Part shown: one piece after another, positions 1 to 8,491 of the stretch | How positions within the stretch are numbered: position 1 is the first letter of the stretch | Layout: every line of letters begins with the position of its first letter | NCBI GenBank assembly: GCA_965202785.1 | Contig: OZ241855.1 | Span: forward strand, 1,312,001-1,376,000 | Direction of reading: 5' to 3' | Length of the DNA stretch: 64,000 nt | DNA from: Thermodesulfobacteriota bacterium | Lineage (GTDB): Bacteria; Desulfobacterota_D; UBA1144; Nemesobacterales; Nemesobacteraceae | Notes under the pieces: model-generated | The model's input: only the letters and a program-made list of their open reading frames with translations | What the model was told of the DNA's origin: nothing | Database searches by the model: none | Position numbers and translations under genes: made by a program

Positions 1-1759
1 CGCCGGTTTCCATGCTGGGGGCATTCTGCCGCAGCCATGCACGTGAACGATCGTCAAGATCGATCTTCTCCTTGCTGGACATGCTTTTCACTGAGACCGT
101 TACGCGTGTTGATCTCCGGTCATGGTCGATCAGATTGTTAAGGTCGCGGCCTATCGGGAGAGAAAATTCGTAAAGCAAAAGGTACTGCGCGGCAAGTTCG
201 GGGTCGTCGGGAAGCGCGTAGTAATCCGGGTTATCGCCATGCAGGTTCTTGTTCAGACGCTTCATGATGTCGGCAATTGAGAAGATATGGACAAATTCCG
301 GTTGCTCCCGGTACCAATCTGCAAACGCTTCGACCTGTTTTAGGTATTCTATGTCCGTTACGGCGCCTTCACGGCCGGAATCGAGAGAGTACTCATAGGT
401 CTCCACGCCAGGGAAATTCTCGCTCAGAAAATCTGCGGATTGCCGGAACTCGTAACTCTCATCGAGAACCTCAAGCCAGTTCTCCCTGAGTTCGATTTTG
501 GAGATGCCGACAACCAGAAAGACAGTCAGAATGCCGGAGAAGCACAGAAGGATCGTACGATAGGAGATGACAAAACGGCTGAGACGATCGAAAAAATCCT
601 GTTTGTTTTCGGGCATCTTCCTGGGACGAATGGGTAATATTGACAGGAATGCGGGCAATAGGGTTACCGAAAAGACAAAAGCGCACATGGAACCGAACGC
701 CACGATGTTGCCCATGACCTTAAACGGCGGCATATCTACGAAATTCAGGCTCAGAAATCCGATTGCAGTTGTGAACGAGGTAAGGAAAATAGGCCACACG
801 TCCACTCGCACGGCATGGATTGCCGCTTCTGTTCTCGTCATGCCCTGGCGTAAGCCCCCGGCCATTGCCTCAATAATGTGCACGGAGTGAGCGACGGTCA
901 CAGCCATCAGTACAAACAGCGCTGCACCGCTTTCACCAAACAGCTTTGAGCCTGTCCACCCGGCAAAGCCCAGCGCGGATGTGATGACGGCAAAAATCAT
1001 CAGCACGATCGCAAGTGTTCCCCATATCGAACGTATCAGGACCAAGGCGACAAGCAGCATGGTTCCAAGAGCAATGGGCCCAAGGATGGCCGTTTCATCG
1101 TCAAGTGCGTCACCTATGACACGATTGAGAATGAGTTCACCTAAAAGATGGTAGTCGATGGATGTGTATTTCTCCCGGGCGTCGGCAGCAGTTTCATACA
1201 GATAGTCGGTAACTTCTCGCTTAGCCGTTTCCCGATTTTCATCAGGAAGCGCAATACTGACAACCAGACCTGCAACTCGTCCGTCACGGGAAAAGAATCT
1301 TCCGGCAATTTCCTCAGTATCGAATGCGATATCCCTGATTCGTTCTATATCGGCGTCGCTCAGGGAATCGGCTTCGTCGATAAGCGGCTCAACAACCAGC
1401 TCGTCTTCAAACCCCTCGCTATGCGTATAGTTTGAAATAGAATCGACGCGGGTGGCGTACGGGGTGCGCCAAAGCTGCTCAGTCAGCTCTTCAATGGCAA
1501 CAAGCGTTTCCCGTGTGAAAATGGTGCCGTTATGTGGCGCCATGGCAACCAACGCAACATCGGATAGTGCATATGTCTCTTCAAGCTGTTCGAGTGCAAC
1601 GAGGTGTGGGTCGGATTCATTAAAGTGATTATGAAAGTCTACATCCACCACAATCAAGCGCGTGGCTCCCGCGGCAAGGGCCAGCATAACAAGCAAAGAG
1701 ATCAAAATGGTCAGCCAGCGACGGGTGACGATCGTCGAGATACAGGGTTCCAAGTTCAT
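1..1759 (-). CDS. MMPL/RND-family lipid transporter, 3' end runs off the window
   Basis: Absent from the ORF track (no stop in window). Manual translation from ATG 1759: MNLEPCISTIVTRRWLTILISLLVML...PIFLTSFTTAIGFLSLNF...ELAAQYLLLYEFSLP...; collinear paralog of 23575-25956. Confidence 0.9.
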   Translation of the reverse strand, partial: MNLEPCISTIVTRRWLTILISLLVMLALAAGATRLIVVDVDFHNHFNESDPHLVALEQLEETYALSDVALVAMAPHNGTIFTRETLVAIEELTEQLWRTPYATRVDSISNYTHSEGFEDELVVEPLIDEADSLSDADIERIRDIAFDTEEIAGRFFSRDGRVAGLVVSIALPDENRETAKREVTDYLYETAADAREKYTSIDYHLLGELILNRVIGDALDDETAILGPIALGTMLLVALVLIRSIWGTLAIVLMIFAVITSALGFAGWTGSKLFGESGAALFVLMAVTVAHSVHIIEAMAGGLRQGMTRTEAAIHAVRVDVWPIFLTSFTTAIGFLSLNFVDMPPFKVMGNIVAFGSMCAFVFSVTLLPAFLSILPIRPRKMPENKQDFFDRLSRFVISYRTILLCFSGILTVFLVVGISKIELRENWLEVLDESYEFRQSADFLSENFPGVETYEYSLDSGREGAVTDIEYLKQVEAFADWYREQPEFVHIFSIADIMKRLNKNLHGDNPDYYALPDDPELAAQYLLLYEFSLPIGRDLNNLIDHDRRSTRVTVSVKSMSSKEKIDLDDRSRAWLRQNAPSMETG

Positions 1760-1873
1760 AAGATCATGCCGAATTATAAATATGTCTAGATTTCAGATCT
1801 GGCATTTCCTCTTCACTTTGCCACGTCGAACCCTGTTCACCTTTACAGTGCTATATTACTGAACACAGGAATA

Positions 1874-1990
1874 ATTATAGCGCGACAATCAAGATGAAAT
1901 GGCTGCGACAATCAAGACGAAATTCATGTCGCAATAAAGAAGACAATACCGGGATATTTCGGGGGACGCAACCCTGGGAATCCGGGATTG
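1874..1990 (-). repeat. Left arm of a long imperfect inverted repeat; includes a 19-bp tandem repeat and an outward-facing TATAAT
   Basis: 1939-1990 matches the reverse complement of 4096-4147 at 48/52. GCGACAATCAAGA(T/C)GAAAT occurs at 1882-1900 and 1905-1923. Minus strand reads TTGATTGTCGC-GC-TATAAT. Confidence 0.85.
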
Positions 1991-2204
1991 CACGGGTATA
2001 GGTGTCCACTTTTCCCGTTATACTTTATATGTTTTTCGAGGTTGTCAAAGTTTTTGAAGATTGGGAGTTATATGATGATAAAGTCAAAATCTTTATACAA
2101 TCAAAGAATAAAACACTTAAACTTAGGGAATTATGTATTTAGGTTGACAAGACTTCCTGCTCTAATTTTTGTGTGAGGTGATAAGGCGTTTGACAAAGCA
2201 GACA

Positions 2205-2256
2205 GCGACATCCGGCTTGAGAAACCGGTGCTCTTTCCGAACTGAGCTACGGAGGG
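2205..2256 (-). pseudogene. tRNA-like 5' fragment (acceptor 5' strand, D arm, anticodon arm with CTC), no T arm
   Basis: Minus strand: CCCTCCG TA GCTC AGTTCGGAAA GAGC A CCGGT TTCTCAA GCCGG ATGTC GC, after which similarity stops. Confidence 0.6.
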
Positions 2257-2332
2257 TTTACTAACGATTATACCTTGCTTGGTTGCTCAGGCAATCGGCG
2301 GGGTTCTTTATTCAAAGGGCTGGCAGGCATGG

Positions 2333-2380
2333 CCTACATATTGCACTAGGAAGATGCGGGTTCGAGTCCCGCCAACCGCT
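2333..2380 (+). pseudogene. tRNA-like 3' fragment (degenerate anticodon arm, intact T arm)
   Basis: GCGGG TTCGAGT CCCGC CAACCGCT at 2356-2380, preceded by CCTA...TTGCAC TAGG AAGAT. No matching 5' acceptor strand. Confidence 0.5.
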
Positions 2381-3399
2381 TATATGGTTTCTTCGAAAGA
2401 CTCCCCTGGATAGAACTGCTGATACCACTTGCGCATTTTGTTCAGAAGAACAACGTCATCTCCCTTGATCTCCGGAGGGAAGGATTTCTGGTAAATCTTC
2501 CTTTTCCATATCTCCATGTCCTGCTGGTATTGCCAGATCCAGTTCCTAACCACGAAGGAAGGAAGTATTCGCAGTACACGCCGGGGGGCGAACCACCGGA
2601 AATTCACTTGTTGCCGAAGCGCTTCAAGGGGAGTATGCGTCTGGAACATTATTATCTCACCGATTCTCGGAAGGTTGAACTCGAATTTTATAACGCTCCC
2701 GGGACCGAGAAGGGTAACCAGCACCTGGGACTTCACGCTCTCGTAAGCCCGGCCTTTTATCTTAAGCGTTGACTCGACTCTGAGATAGGCAACATGCTCA
2801 AGCGTGTCATCGAGAAACCACGACGGCTTGTGTCGAACTTTTAGCCAGGGCAGCTTTATGTTTATCCAGGGGATGATGCCGGTTCCGTGGATATGAAAGA
2901 AATGACTGAAATCTACGGTGTTCTCGGCAAATTCTATAATGTGCATTTCCGCATCCAGGCTGTACTGACCGCGGTGAACCAGCTGCCGGCTGTCGATCTT
3001 CGGCTCAGCCGGCAGCTGGTACGGCGGCTGCTTGCCTTGCGCTGAATGATAAATCATGACCATGCCGTAGTGCTCGATCACTTCCCAGTGCCGATGAACG
3101 AGCTCGGTGTAGGATGACGGATTGCAGACCCTGCCTTCTCCGTTCAGTTGCCACCCGTGAAAAGGACATTGCAGCAAGTCCCCCTTGACTTCACCATAGG
3201 CCAGGTTTGCTCCCAAGTGCGGGCAGAATGCGTCTAAAGCCGAAAGCCGGCCGGTTGTCCGGCTGCGAAACAGGGCGATTTGCTCCCCCAGGCATTGAAC
3301 ATGCTTTACTTTTCCCGGTTTGATTTCCCTGGATGCCGCTATCCTGTACCAGCCGTCTGGAAACGGCGGCGGGTAGGTCTGTTCTCTCGCTTTATCCAT
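2380..3399 (-). CDS. Rieske non-heme iron oxygenase, Neverland/DAF-36 cholesterol 7-desaturase / KshA-like
   Basis: PPPFPDGWY N-terminus; Rieske CPHLGA...CPFHGW; mononuclear iron motif ENTVDFSHFFHIH; C-terminal DMEIW and RKWYQQFY; RBS AAGGAG. Confidence 0.85.
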   Translation of the reverse strand: MDKAREQTYPPPFPDGWYRIAASREIKPGKVKHVQCLGEQIALFRSRTTGRLSALDAFCPHLGANLAYGEVKGDLLQCPFHGWQLNGEGRVCNPSSYTELVHRHWEVIEHYGMVMIYHSAQGKQPPYQLPAEPKIDSRQLVHRGQYSLDAEMHIIEFAENTVDFSHFFHIHGTGIIPWINIKLPWLKVRHKPSWFLDDTLEHVAYLRVESTLKIKGRAYESVKSQVLVTLLGPGSVIKFEFNLPRIGEIIMFQTHTPLEALRQQVNFRWFAPRRVLRILPSFVVRNWIWQYQQDMEIWKRKIYQKSFPPEIKGDDVVLLNKMRKWYQQFYPGESFEETI

Positions 3400-3433
3400 G
3401 TTTTTTTCTCCTTATGGGCTACGGAAGCAAAGC

Positions 3434-3893
3434 CATCTGCCTACCCCGCTTCCCTTGCGGGGCTTTCCCCCGACATAGGTTTCATCAGCTTCTACTATCC
3501 CTGCAGCAGTCCGGTTTCCTTCGTCTGTTCCGCCGCCATCTGGGCACGGATACGCTGTTGCATAAACCACGCTGTTTTCTGATTGAGTTCTAAATCACGG
3601 GCAAGCTGGCAACTGGACAGGCTTTTATTTGCGTTTACGATAAGCCCTATGGCGAGAAACCATTTCTGAAGGGGAATCTTTGTCTTTTCAAAGATAGTGC
3701 CGGAAAGTACATTGAAGCTTGACTTGCAATCGTGGCAGTTCCAACGGCCTATCCGGTTGCCGTCATGCTTACGGGCAACTTTGACGCTTCCACAGTGCGG
3801 GCAAGAGGGCGTGTCCTTAAACCGGATGTCCTCAAGGTGCTCTATGCAAGCTTCTTGGTCTGGGAACCTCTTGAAAATCTTGATTAAATTCAT
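3434..3893 (-). pseudogene. IS1595-family transposase, frameshifted and truncated
   Basis: Zn ribbon CPHCGS...CHDC, GTIFEKTKIPLQKWF and an HTH. In-frame stop at 3495, but the shifted frame continues IVEADETYVGGKPRKG (first DDE motif) and the rest is missing. Confidence 0.9.
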
Positions 3894-4095
3894 TTTCTAA
3901 TTTCCTTATAATAATATTGTGTCTGGGGTTAGAATGAATGTCAAGCCCCTAACTACTTATTAGGTTGTTATATTTATCTGGTATTTGTCTTTCATTCCTA
4001 TTATGTCCTTGTAATTCTTGTGACTGGTTACGGGGGCAATTCCCATATATGAAGTTTTCTGCTTGATAAAGGGCAGAAAGTTCCCGGCACCTGCA

Positions 4096-4191
4096 CAATT
4101 CGGGATTCTCAGGGTTGCGTCCCCCGAAATATTCCGGTATTGTCTTCGCCATTGCTATATAAAAGTTCTATCTTGATTGTCACTCTATAGT
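4096..4191 (+). repeat. Right arm of the long imperfect inverted repeat, with an outward-facing -10 upstream of the STAS gene
   Basis: Reverse complement of the 1874-1990 region; TTGATTGTCAC-TC-TATAGT at 4173-4191. Confidence 0.85.
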
Positions 4192-4221
4192 CAGATAGAT
4201 TGTTACTGTTATAGGTGGAGA

Positions 4222-4581
4222 ATGAGCACTCAAAACAACCAACTTGAGTTACAGGCCGATCAGATTGAAGGGATCCTGATAATAAGCGTAACTGGCCGGA
4301 TTGATGGTATGAACGCGCAGGAGTTCCACGAAAATCTGGACAAGGAAATTGGCGGTTCTGACAATCCCGTAGTTCTGGATCTTGAAAAGCTGTCCTATAT
4401 CAGTAGTGCGGGATTGCGTTCAATCCTGCTTATTGCAAAGACGCTCCAAGGTAAAAAGACGAGATTCATGCTTTGTTCCTTGCCCGGTCCCATAAAGGAA
4501 ATCTTCGAGATCGCGGGTTTTGACAAAATCATTAATGTGCTCGAATCTCGCTCTGATGCTATAGCTACAATAACGGGTTAA
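4222..4581 (+). CDS. STAS-domain anti-sigma factor antagonist (RsbV/SpoIIAA-like)
   Basis: GRID...VVLDLEKLSYISSAGLR with the phosphorylatable Ser. Start moved to ATG 4222 after a GGTGGAG RBS. Confidence 0.93.
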   Translation: MSTQNNQLELQADQIEGILIISVTGRIDGMNAQEFHENLDKEIGGSDNPVVLDLEKLSYISSAGLRSILLIAKTLQGKKTRFMLCSLPGPIKEIFEIAGFDKIINVLESRSDAIATITG

Positions 4582-4587
4582 ACCCTG

Positions 4588-6813
4588 TTACAAAGAAGCA
4601 GTTGCCGAATCCTCGCCTTCTGTCCCCTCTTCTGAAGTATCAATTACTTGGTTAGCCTCGGGGTCAAGCGGCAAGACAACAATCATATCTGTATATTCGC
4701 CTTCCTCCGTTTCTACGCGAAACTCACCACCGTGCTGTCGTACTATGTCGTTGGACAGCGATAATCCCAGGCCTGTCCCTTTATCCGTGGGCTTTGTTGT
4801 ATAGAACGGATTAAAGATACGCTCCAATGCAGATTGGGGAATGCCGGTTCCATTGTCACGAACGTGCACCTCAATATGGTCATCGACCAACCGCGTACTC
4901 AAATTAAGCGTCGGTTGATAATCCTTCTTTGACGCATCGTCGGCAGCAGCCAGCATTTTTCGTTTTTCGTCCGCGGCATAGCAGGCATTGGTTACCAGAT
5001 TTAGGAAAACCCGGCCAATGTCTTGCGGTTGCACCGTGATCTCTCCTATATCCGGCGAATAGTCTTCTTGTATTTCCAGCTGGAAGTCAGAGTCGGCGGC
5101 ACGAGCACTGTGGAACGCAAGCAACGCATGCTCGTTAAGCAATATGTTGAGGTCAGTTGGTTGCCATTCCCCGCCACCACGACCCATCTTGAGCATGTCT
5201 GTTATAATTCGGTTCGCACGAGTTCCGTGCTCGTGGATGCGCTTCAAATTTCCTGTCAAATCCTCGGCTACTTCCTCTACCAACTCTGGATCGTATTCCT
5301 CTTTCGCGTCCCCGTTAGCCTCCATTTTGGCTACCTCTTCCAGCAGTTCTTCCAGCAGCTCTTGTGAAACCTCTGAGAAGTTCATGATGAAGTTCATTGG
5401 ATTCTTGATTTCGTGCGCGACCCCGGCTGTCAACTGGCCAAGCGCAGCAAGCTTCTCCCGCATCACGATCTGGTCCTGCGCCCGTTTCAACTCTTCGTTA
5501 GTATGAGCCAGTTCCTCGTTCTTTTCTTGCAGTTGGTTAGCGAGCGTTTCTACAAGATTAAGGCGCTGTACTTCCAGTGCGTTATATCGGAACACTTCAA
5601 GCGCCTTGGCTAATTGCGCGATTTCGTCATTACCTCTGGTGTCGACGGTTATTTCTAGGTTGCCATCAGCCATTTCTTGCATTTGACTCGATATCCTCTC
5701 CAGACGCCGAATCAGACGGCGTTGTACAAGCAGCCATCCCAACAAGATTCCACCGCTTATACTAGCGATATTGAAAGCCAGCAGGACCTTCGTGCTGGTA
5801 GCAGTTACTGCAGCCGCTTTGCTCGCCATCTCCCCTGCAGCCATGCTTGAATCATTTACAACACTTTCTACTCGCGCTACGATGTCAATTCCTAAGGCCT
5901 GGTTCTCGAGAAGTAGGGCGGATAATTCATCGTCAACTGCAAGTTCCCGACTGCGCAGGTCGAATCCGTTGTTTTCCCTTCTGCCGAATGAGATCAGGTC
6001 TTCGAAAATCCCGGACAGCTGGCCATGAAGGTCGCCTCCCTCCTGTTCGTATTTTTCAAGCGCATCAAGCGACCGGCTGGTGCTGCCGGCTGCGGCTTCA
6101 AACCGTTCTCGCAATGGCTGAAGCATGGCCGCCTCGGTCACTACAAACGTGGTTGCAAGCAGCTGCGAAGCGACTACAGCCGCTTCGCGGAGTTCAAACA
6201 AGCGACGATAGATCAGGAATTCCGGTTCGGAGAAATGAACCGAGCGGGGAGATCGTGTTGCATCAAGAGACCGGTGTCCGGTCATTAGATAGAACATCTG
6301 ATTGTCGATCTCGTTAATCATAATCGGCGTTATTTTACTTTGGATACCCTGAAGCTCGTCTCTAAGATTGAGACTGCTCTCGCGAAGGTCAAAACGTTCC
6401 CTGACAAGCAATTTGATTCGCTCAATGTTCTGGATTATGGCGACCCCGTCAGATTGAATCTGCCGCGCTTGTTCGCTTTCTCCTTGATTTTCCATCATTA
6501 CCGAGAGTTGTGTTTTAAATGCATCCGCCTGCAGGTCGACCGTTCTGGATACGGTCCTGAACTGCTCAGGCGTGCTCGCGGTGAGTCGGGGAGCGGCGGC
6601 TACGAGCATGGCTGTCTGCTGGGCAATTGCAAACGCCGATGTCATCTCGGGTATGTTCTTTTCATTAACGGTTTGCTGAACTTTGCCGATTTGCCTAAGG
6701 AAGAAAAGAGCCATCAAACTGACGATGATGATGAGTACTACAGCACCTGCGTAACTTATATAAAGTTGCGTAGAAATTTGCGTAGAAATTCGGTTCCAGA
6801 GTTTTGAAAACAT
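4588..6813 (-). CDS. Membrane sensor histidine kinase (helical periplasmic domain, HAMP, HisKA, HATPase)
   Basis: Two TM segments; HAMP DEIAQLA; H-box LTAGVAHEIKNP; N-box NLVTNA; DNGTGI; FYTTK; GTGLGL. Confidence 0.93.
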   Translation of the reverse strand: MFSKLWNRISTQISTQLYISYAGAVVLIIIVSLMALFFLRQIGKVQQTVNEKNIPEMTSAFAIAQQTAMLVAAAPRLTASTPEQFRTVSRTVDLQADAFKTQLSVMMENQGESEQARQIQSDGVAIIQNIERIKLLVRERFDLRESSLNLRDELQGIQSKITPIMINEIDNQMFYLMTGHRSLDATRSPRSVHFSEPEFLIYRRLFELREAAVVASQLLATTFVVTEAAMLQPLRERFEAAAGSTSRSLDALEKYEQEGGDLHGQLSGIFEDLISFGRRENNGFDLRSRELAVDDELSALLLENQALGIDIVARVESVVNDSSMAAGEMASKAAAVTATSTKVLLAFNIASISGGILLGWLLVQRRLIRRLERISSQMQEMADGNLEITVDTRGNDEIAQLAKALEVFRYNALEVQRLNLVETLANQLQEKNEELAHTNEELKRAQDQIVMREKLAALGQLTAGVAHEIKNPMNFIMNFSEVSQELLEELLEEVAKMEANGDAKEEYDPELVEEVAEDLTGNLKRIHEHGTRANRIITDMLKMGRGGGEWQPTDLNILLNEHALLAFHSARAADSDFQLEIQEDYSPDIGEITVQPQDIGRVFLNLVTNACYAADEKRKMLAAADDASKKDYQPTLNLSTRLVDDHIEVHVRDNGTGIPQSALERIFNPFYTTKPTDKGTGLGLSLSNDIVRQHGGEFRVETEEGEYTDMIVVLPLDPEANQVIDTSEEGTEGEDSATASL

Positions 6814-6853
6814 TCCGCTTATCTCAATGTCTTTTGCATATGCAAAACGTCCG

Positions 6854-8053
6854 TCAGTATCGTCGTGTTAGAGCCGTGAGAGGCGTATACTGGCCATCAG
6901 GACCAATAATCGTCAAGAACACGCTGTCTGAACCTTGATTATCATTCTTGCTATATCGCAAGGTGAAGCCGTCCAAATTAATGTCGTTGCCAGTCCGCAG
7001 CACCGCATCGATGCAATCACGGTTAACCTGGTTGCCGCAATTATCTACTACATAAATAGCCAAACGCCCTGCTAAATATCCTTCATACGATATAAATCCG
7101 GGTTTTGCCGCCGGATCGTACGCCCTGAGCGCAGCACGATAGGAAGCGGAAGCAGGCACCGTGTTTCCGGTTGGAAAAGGAACCACCTGCGTAACTAGAA
7201 CTCCGGCCCCTTGATCACCCAGTTCGCTTGCCAAGGCATTACTGCCTACGAAAGAAAGTGTCATAAAAATGGAATTCATACCGATGTGGCGTGCCCACTT
7301 GATAAATGTCGCAGTTGGCTTGTAGGGACCAATAATAATCACAGCTTCCGGTCCGGTAGCGTGCAAATCAACAAGTGCCGTTTTTATCGCGACGGTATTG
7401 CGAGGAAATATCCCTGTTCCGATAGCAGAAAGTTTGCGACGCTCAAGAGCAAGAAGTATCCCTTGCAACCCGGCGCGACCGAATGAATCATCCTGATGGA
7501 GAATGGCAATGCGATTAATTCCGAGATCAGTCGTCAATCGTTCTACCATCTCCTCGGTTTCTTGATAATACGAAGCCCGAAGATTGATTACTGTCCGGCG
7601 TGCGTTGTCACGCAGGAATTCTGCACCAGTCATAGGTGCTATGTAAGGTACATCGTGTTGCTCCGCGACAGGTACCGCAGCTTTGGAGGTAGGAGTGCCA
7701 ACTGCGCCGATGAGTGCGAAAACATTTTCACCAATCAGTCGCTGTGTATTTACAATTGCCGCTTCCGGTTCGTATGCGTCATCCATTGACTGCAGTTCCA
7801 GACGACGTCCGTTAATGCCACCCCGGTCATTAACCTCTTTAAACGCGGAAAGAATGCCGGCTTTCATGCCTTTACCAAGTTCGCCGGCCGGACCACTAAA
7901 GGCAGCGGACTGCCCAAACACAATACGATCACTGTATACGCCCGGCACAGTGTGTGTTTGTTGCTGGGCTTCCCCTGACGCTGCGGTTGCCAGTATTGCA
8001 ACTATTGAAGCGGCAACCACTTTTTTGAGAGACAGTCTGCTTAGTAACCGCAT
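6854..8053 (-). CDS. Periplasmic ligand-binding protein, Leu/Ile/Val (PBP1) type; no transporter genes nearby
   Basis: Signal peptide; GQSAAFSGPA; GGINGRRLEL; DDAYEP; LRASY. Confidence 0.88.
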   Translation of the reverse strand: MRLLSRLSLKKVVAASIVAILATAASGEAQQQTHTVPGVYSDRIVFGQSAAFSGPAGELGKGMKAGILSAFKEVNDRGGINGRRLELQSMDDAYEPEAAIVNTQRLIGENVFALIGAVGTPTSKAAVPVAEQHDVPYIAPMTGAEFLRDNARRTVINLRASYYQETEEMVERLTTDLGINRIAILHQDDSFGRAGLQGILLALERRKLSAIGTGIFPRNTVAIKTALVDLHATGPEAVIIIGPYKPTATFIKWARHIGMNSIFMTLSFVGSNALASELGDQGAGVLVTQVVPFPTGNTVPASASYRAALRAYDPAAKPGFISYEGYLAGRLAIYVVDNCGNQVNRDCIDAVLRTGNDINLDGFTLRYSKNDNQGSDSVFLTIIGPDGQYTPLTALTRRY

Positions 8054-8056
8054 TTG

Positions 8057-8491
8057 CTAAATTTTCTTGATCATAGTCAGATGATTACGATCACTGTTGC
8101 GCTGATAGCGTACCTCTGTCATCAGTTGCTTCGCCAGCATTATTCCTGCTCCACCAATACGGCGGTCTTCAAGCGAACTTTCGACATCAAGCTCCGGCGC
8201 GTCTTCTAGGGGATTAAAGGGATATCCGTCATCCAGTATCTCAACAGTCATGGTTTCACCTTCTCTCGAGAAAATGATTTCCACTTCATGTTCCTGATCA
8301 TCATCATGCGCATAGCTTGCCACGTTGGTGAAAATCTCCTCCAGGGACAGTTGCGTGGGAAACAATGCTTCAGAGGGGATGTCCTGCTGTTCAAAGAATT
8401 CCTCCAGCGCTACTGTGATCGTTCGGATTTCTTCCATCCGATTGGGAACGATCAACGTATGTGAAGCTTGCATCTTACCGTCTTTGCTCAT
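8057..8491 (-). CDS. Anti-sigma factor Ser/Thr kinase (RsbW-like)
   Basis: LEEIFTNVASYA; DDGYPFNP; RRIGGAGI. Confidence 0.9.
   Translation of the reverse strand: MSKDGKMQASHTLIVPNRMEEIRTITVALEEFFEQQDIPSEALFPTQLSLEEIFTNVASYAHDDDQEHEVEIIFSREGETMTVEILDDGYPFNPLEDAPELDVESSLEDRRIGGAGIMLAKQLMTEVRYQRNSDRNHLTMIKKI

Larger units (their letters stand above)
2126..3964 (-). mobile_element. Degenerate IS1595-family (ISXO2-like) element carrying a passenger gene
   Basis: Transposase remnant at 3434-3893. Imperfect ends GGGAATTATGTATTTAGGTTGACA (2126-2149) and, on the minus strand, CCTAATAAGTAGTTAGGGGCTTGACA (3964-3939). No target-site duplication seen, so boundaries are approximate. Confidence 0.6.

Noticed and set aside
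277-1862. Several short plus-strand ORFs in the track
   Set aside because: They are shadows of the minus-strand MMPL gene (1-1759), which the track missed because it has no stop in the window.
1882-1932. 19-bp direct repeat as a possible mini-CRISPR
   Set aside because: Only two copies with a 4-bp gap, no spacers and no cas genes; it fits a regulatory repeat better.
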